This document shows, piece after piece, positions 63,517-64,000 of a stretch of 64,000 bases of DNA. Both the position numbers and the translations under genes were made by a program. Origin of the DNA: Spizellomyces punctatus DAOM BR117 (Eukaryota). The notes under the pieces were generated by a model. The model made no database searches and was not told where the DNA came from. It was given only the letters and a program-made list of their open reading frames with translations. Position 1 is the first letter of the stretch. Each line of letters opens with the position of its first letter. The stretch lies in assembly GCA_000182565.2 (NCBI GenBank), contig KQ257453.1; one strand, given 5' to 3'.

Positions 63517-64000
63517 CTACGAAGCAGATGGCGAAACACTTCCGTTGACCTGAGGACTGTAAGACTGTACATTCTGTGGCGGCCCTGGTGAAGGACTATG
63601 TTCCTGGGTTCCGGTCTGCTGCATTGCATACACCGGATGCCCATGTGCAAGTGTGTGGGGATGTCCATGTGAAATAAAAGCGGTAGCTGGCACACCAACA
63701 GTAGTGGGGACCGCGACGTACGGTATACTGCAAGCGGTAGGATACGCCATATTCGACGCTGCAACATTCGCGGAGGGGGATCCCGTGTAGTGATGCATGT
63801 GATGATTTGGCGATGGTGATGCCGATCCGTAGTGAGCAGACACAGGAACATTCGCCGGCCCAGTTACTGGAGGAGGAGTCGGAGTAGATCCTGCTCCCAC
63901 GCCATTCCCACCTGCTACCACTGCTGCGGCTGCAGCTGCAGCCGCGGCCGCATGGGTAGCGGCCTCAAACTGCAGCTCTTCGGCCGTCATTGGAACTCCA
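63517..64000 (-). CDS. 3' end of a gene entering from the right edge (poly-Ala, His/Pro-rich low complexity)
   Basis: Frame open from the edge region to a stop at 63517. Confidence 0.55.
   Translation of the reverse strand, partial: GVPMTAEELQFEAATHAAAAAAAAAAVVAGGNGVGAGSTPTPPPVTGPANVPVSAHYGSASPSPNHHMHHYTGSPSANVAASNMAYPTACSIPYVAVPTTVGVPATAFISHGHPHTLAHGHPVYAMQQTGTQEHSPSPGPPQNVQSYSPQVNGSVSPSAS

Overview
Eukaryotic, intron-rich genomic DNA with short GT-AG introns, so most supplied ORFs are exon fragments. Gene content and intron style suggest an early-diverging, probably chytrid (Spizellomycetales-like) fungus; this is an inference. Left half: the 5' end of UTP21, an animal-type two-catalytic-domain transmembrane adenylyl cyclase, three different 7TM receptors (class C-like, opsin-like without the canonical Schiff-base Lys, cAMP-receptor/Git3-like), a LEA/apolipoprotein-repeat-TMEM14 fusion, SPATA20/YyaL and a secreted 8-Cys prepropeptide. 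After a 373-N gap, a four-gene block (kelch-BTB, tRNA-Gln, ferroportin, Sel1-TPR-MYND) sits between two gene-poor, repeat-rich segments (~33-38 kb and ~47.4-55.8 kb) that are homologous to each other in inverted orientation. These segments contain a 51-bp hairpin, a 130-bp inverted repeat, a family of sequence-similar introns and fragments of an unnamed protein family. Right end: UTP5/WDR43, a second identical tRNA-Gln, a ThrE/Prm10 transporter and two hypothetical genes. Exon boundaries were read by eye and family calls come from motif recognition, not database searches.
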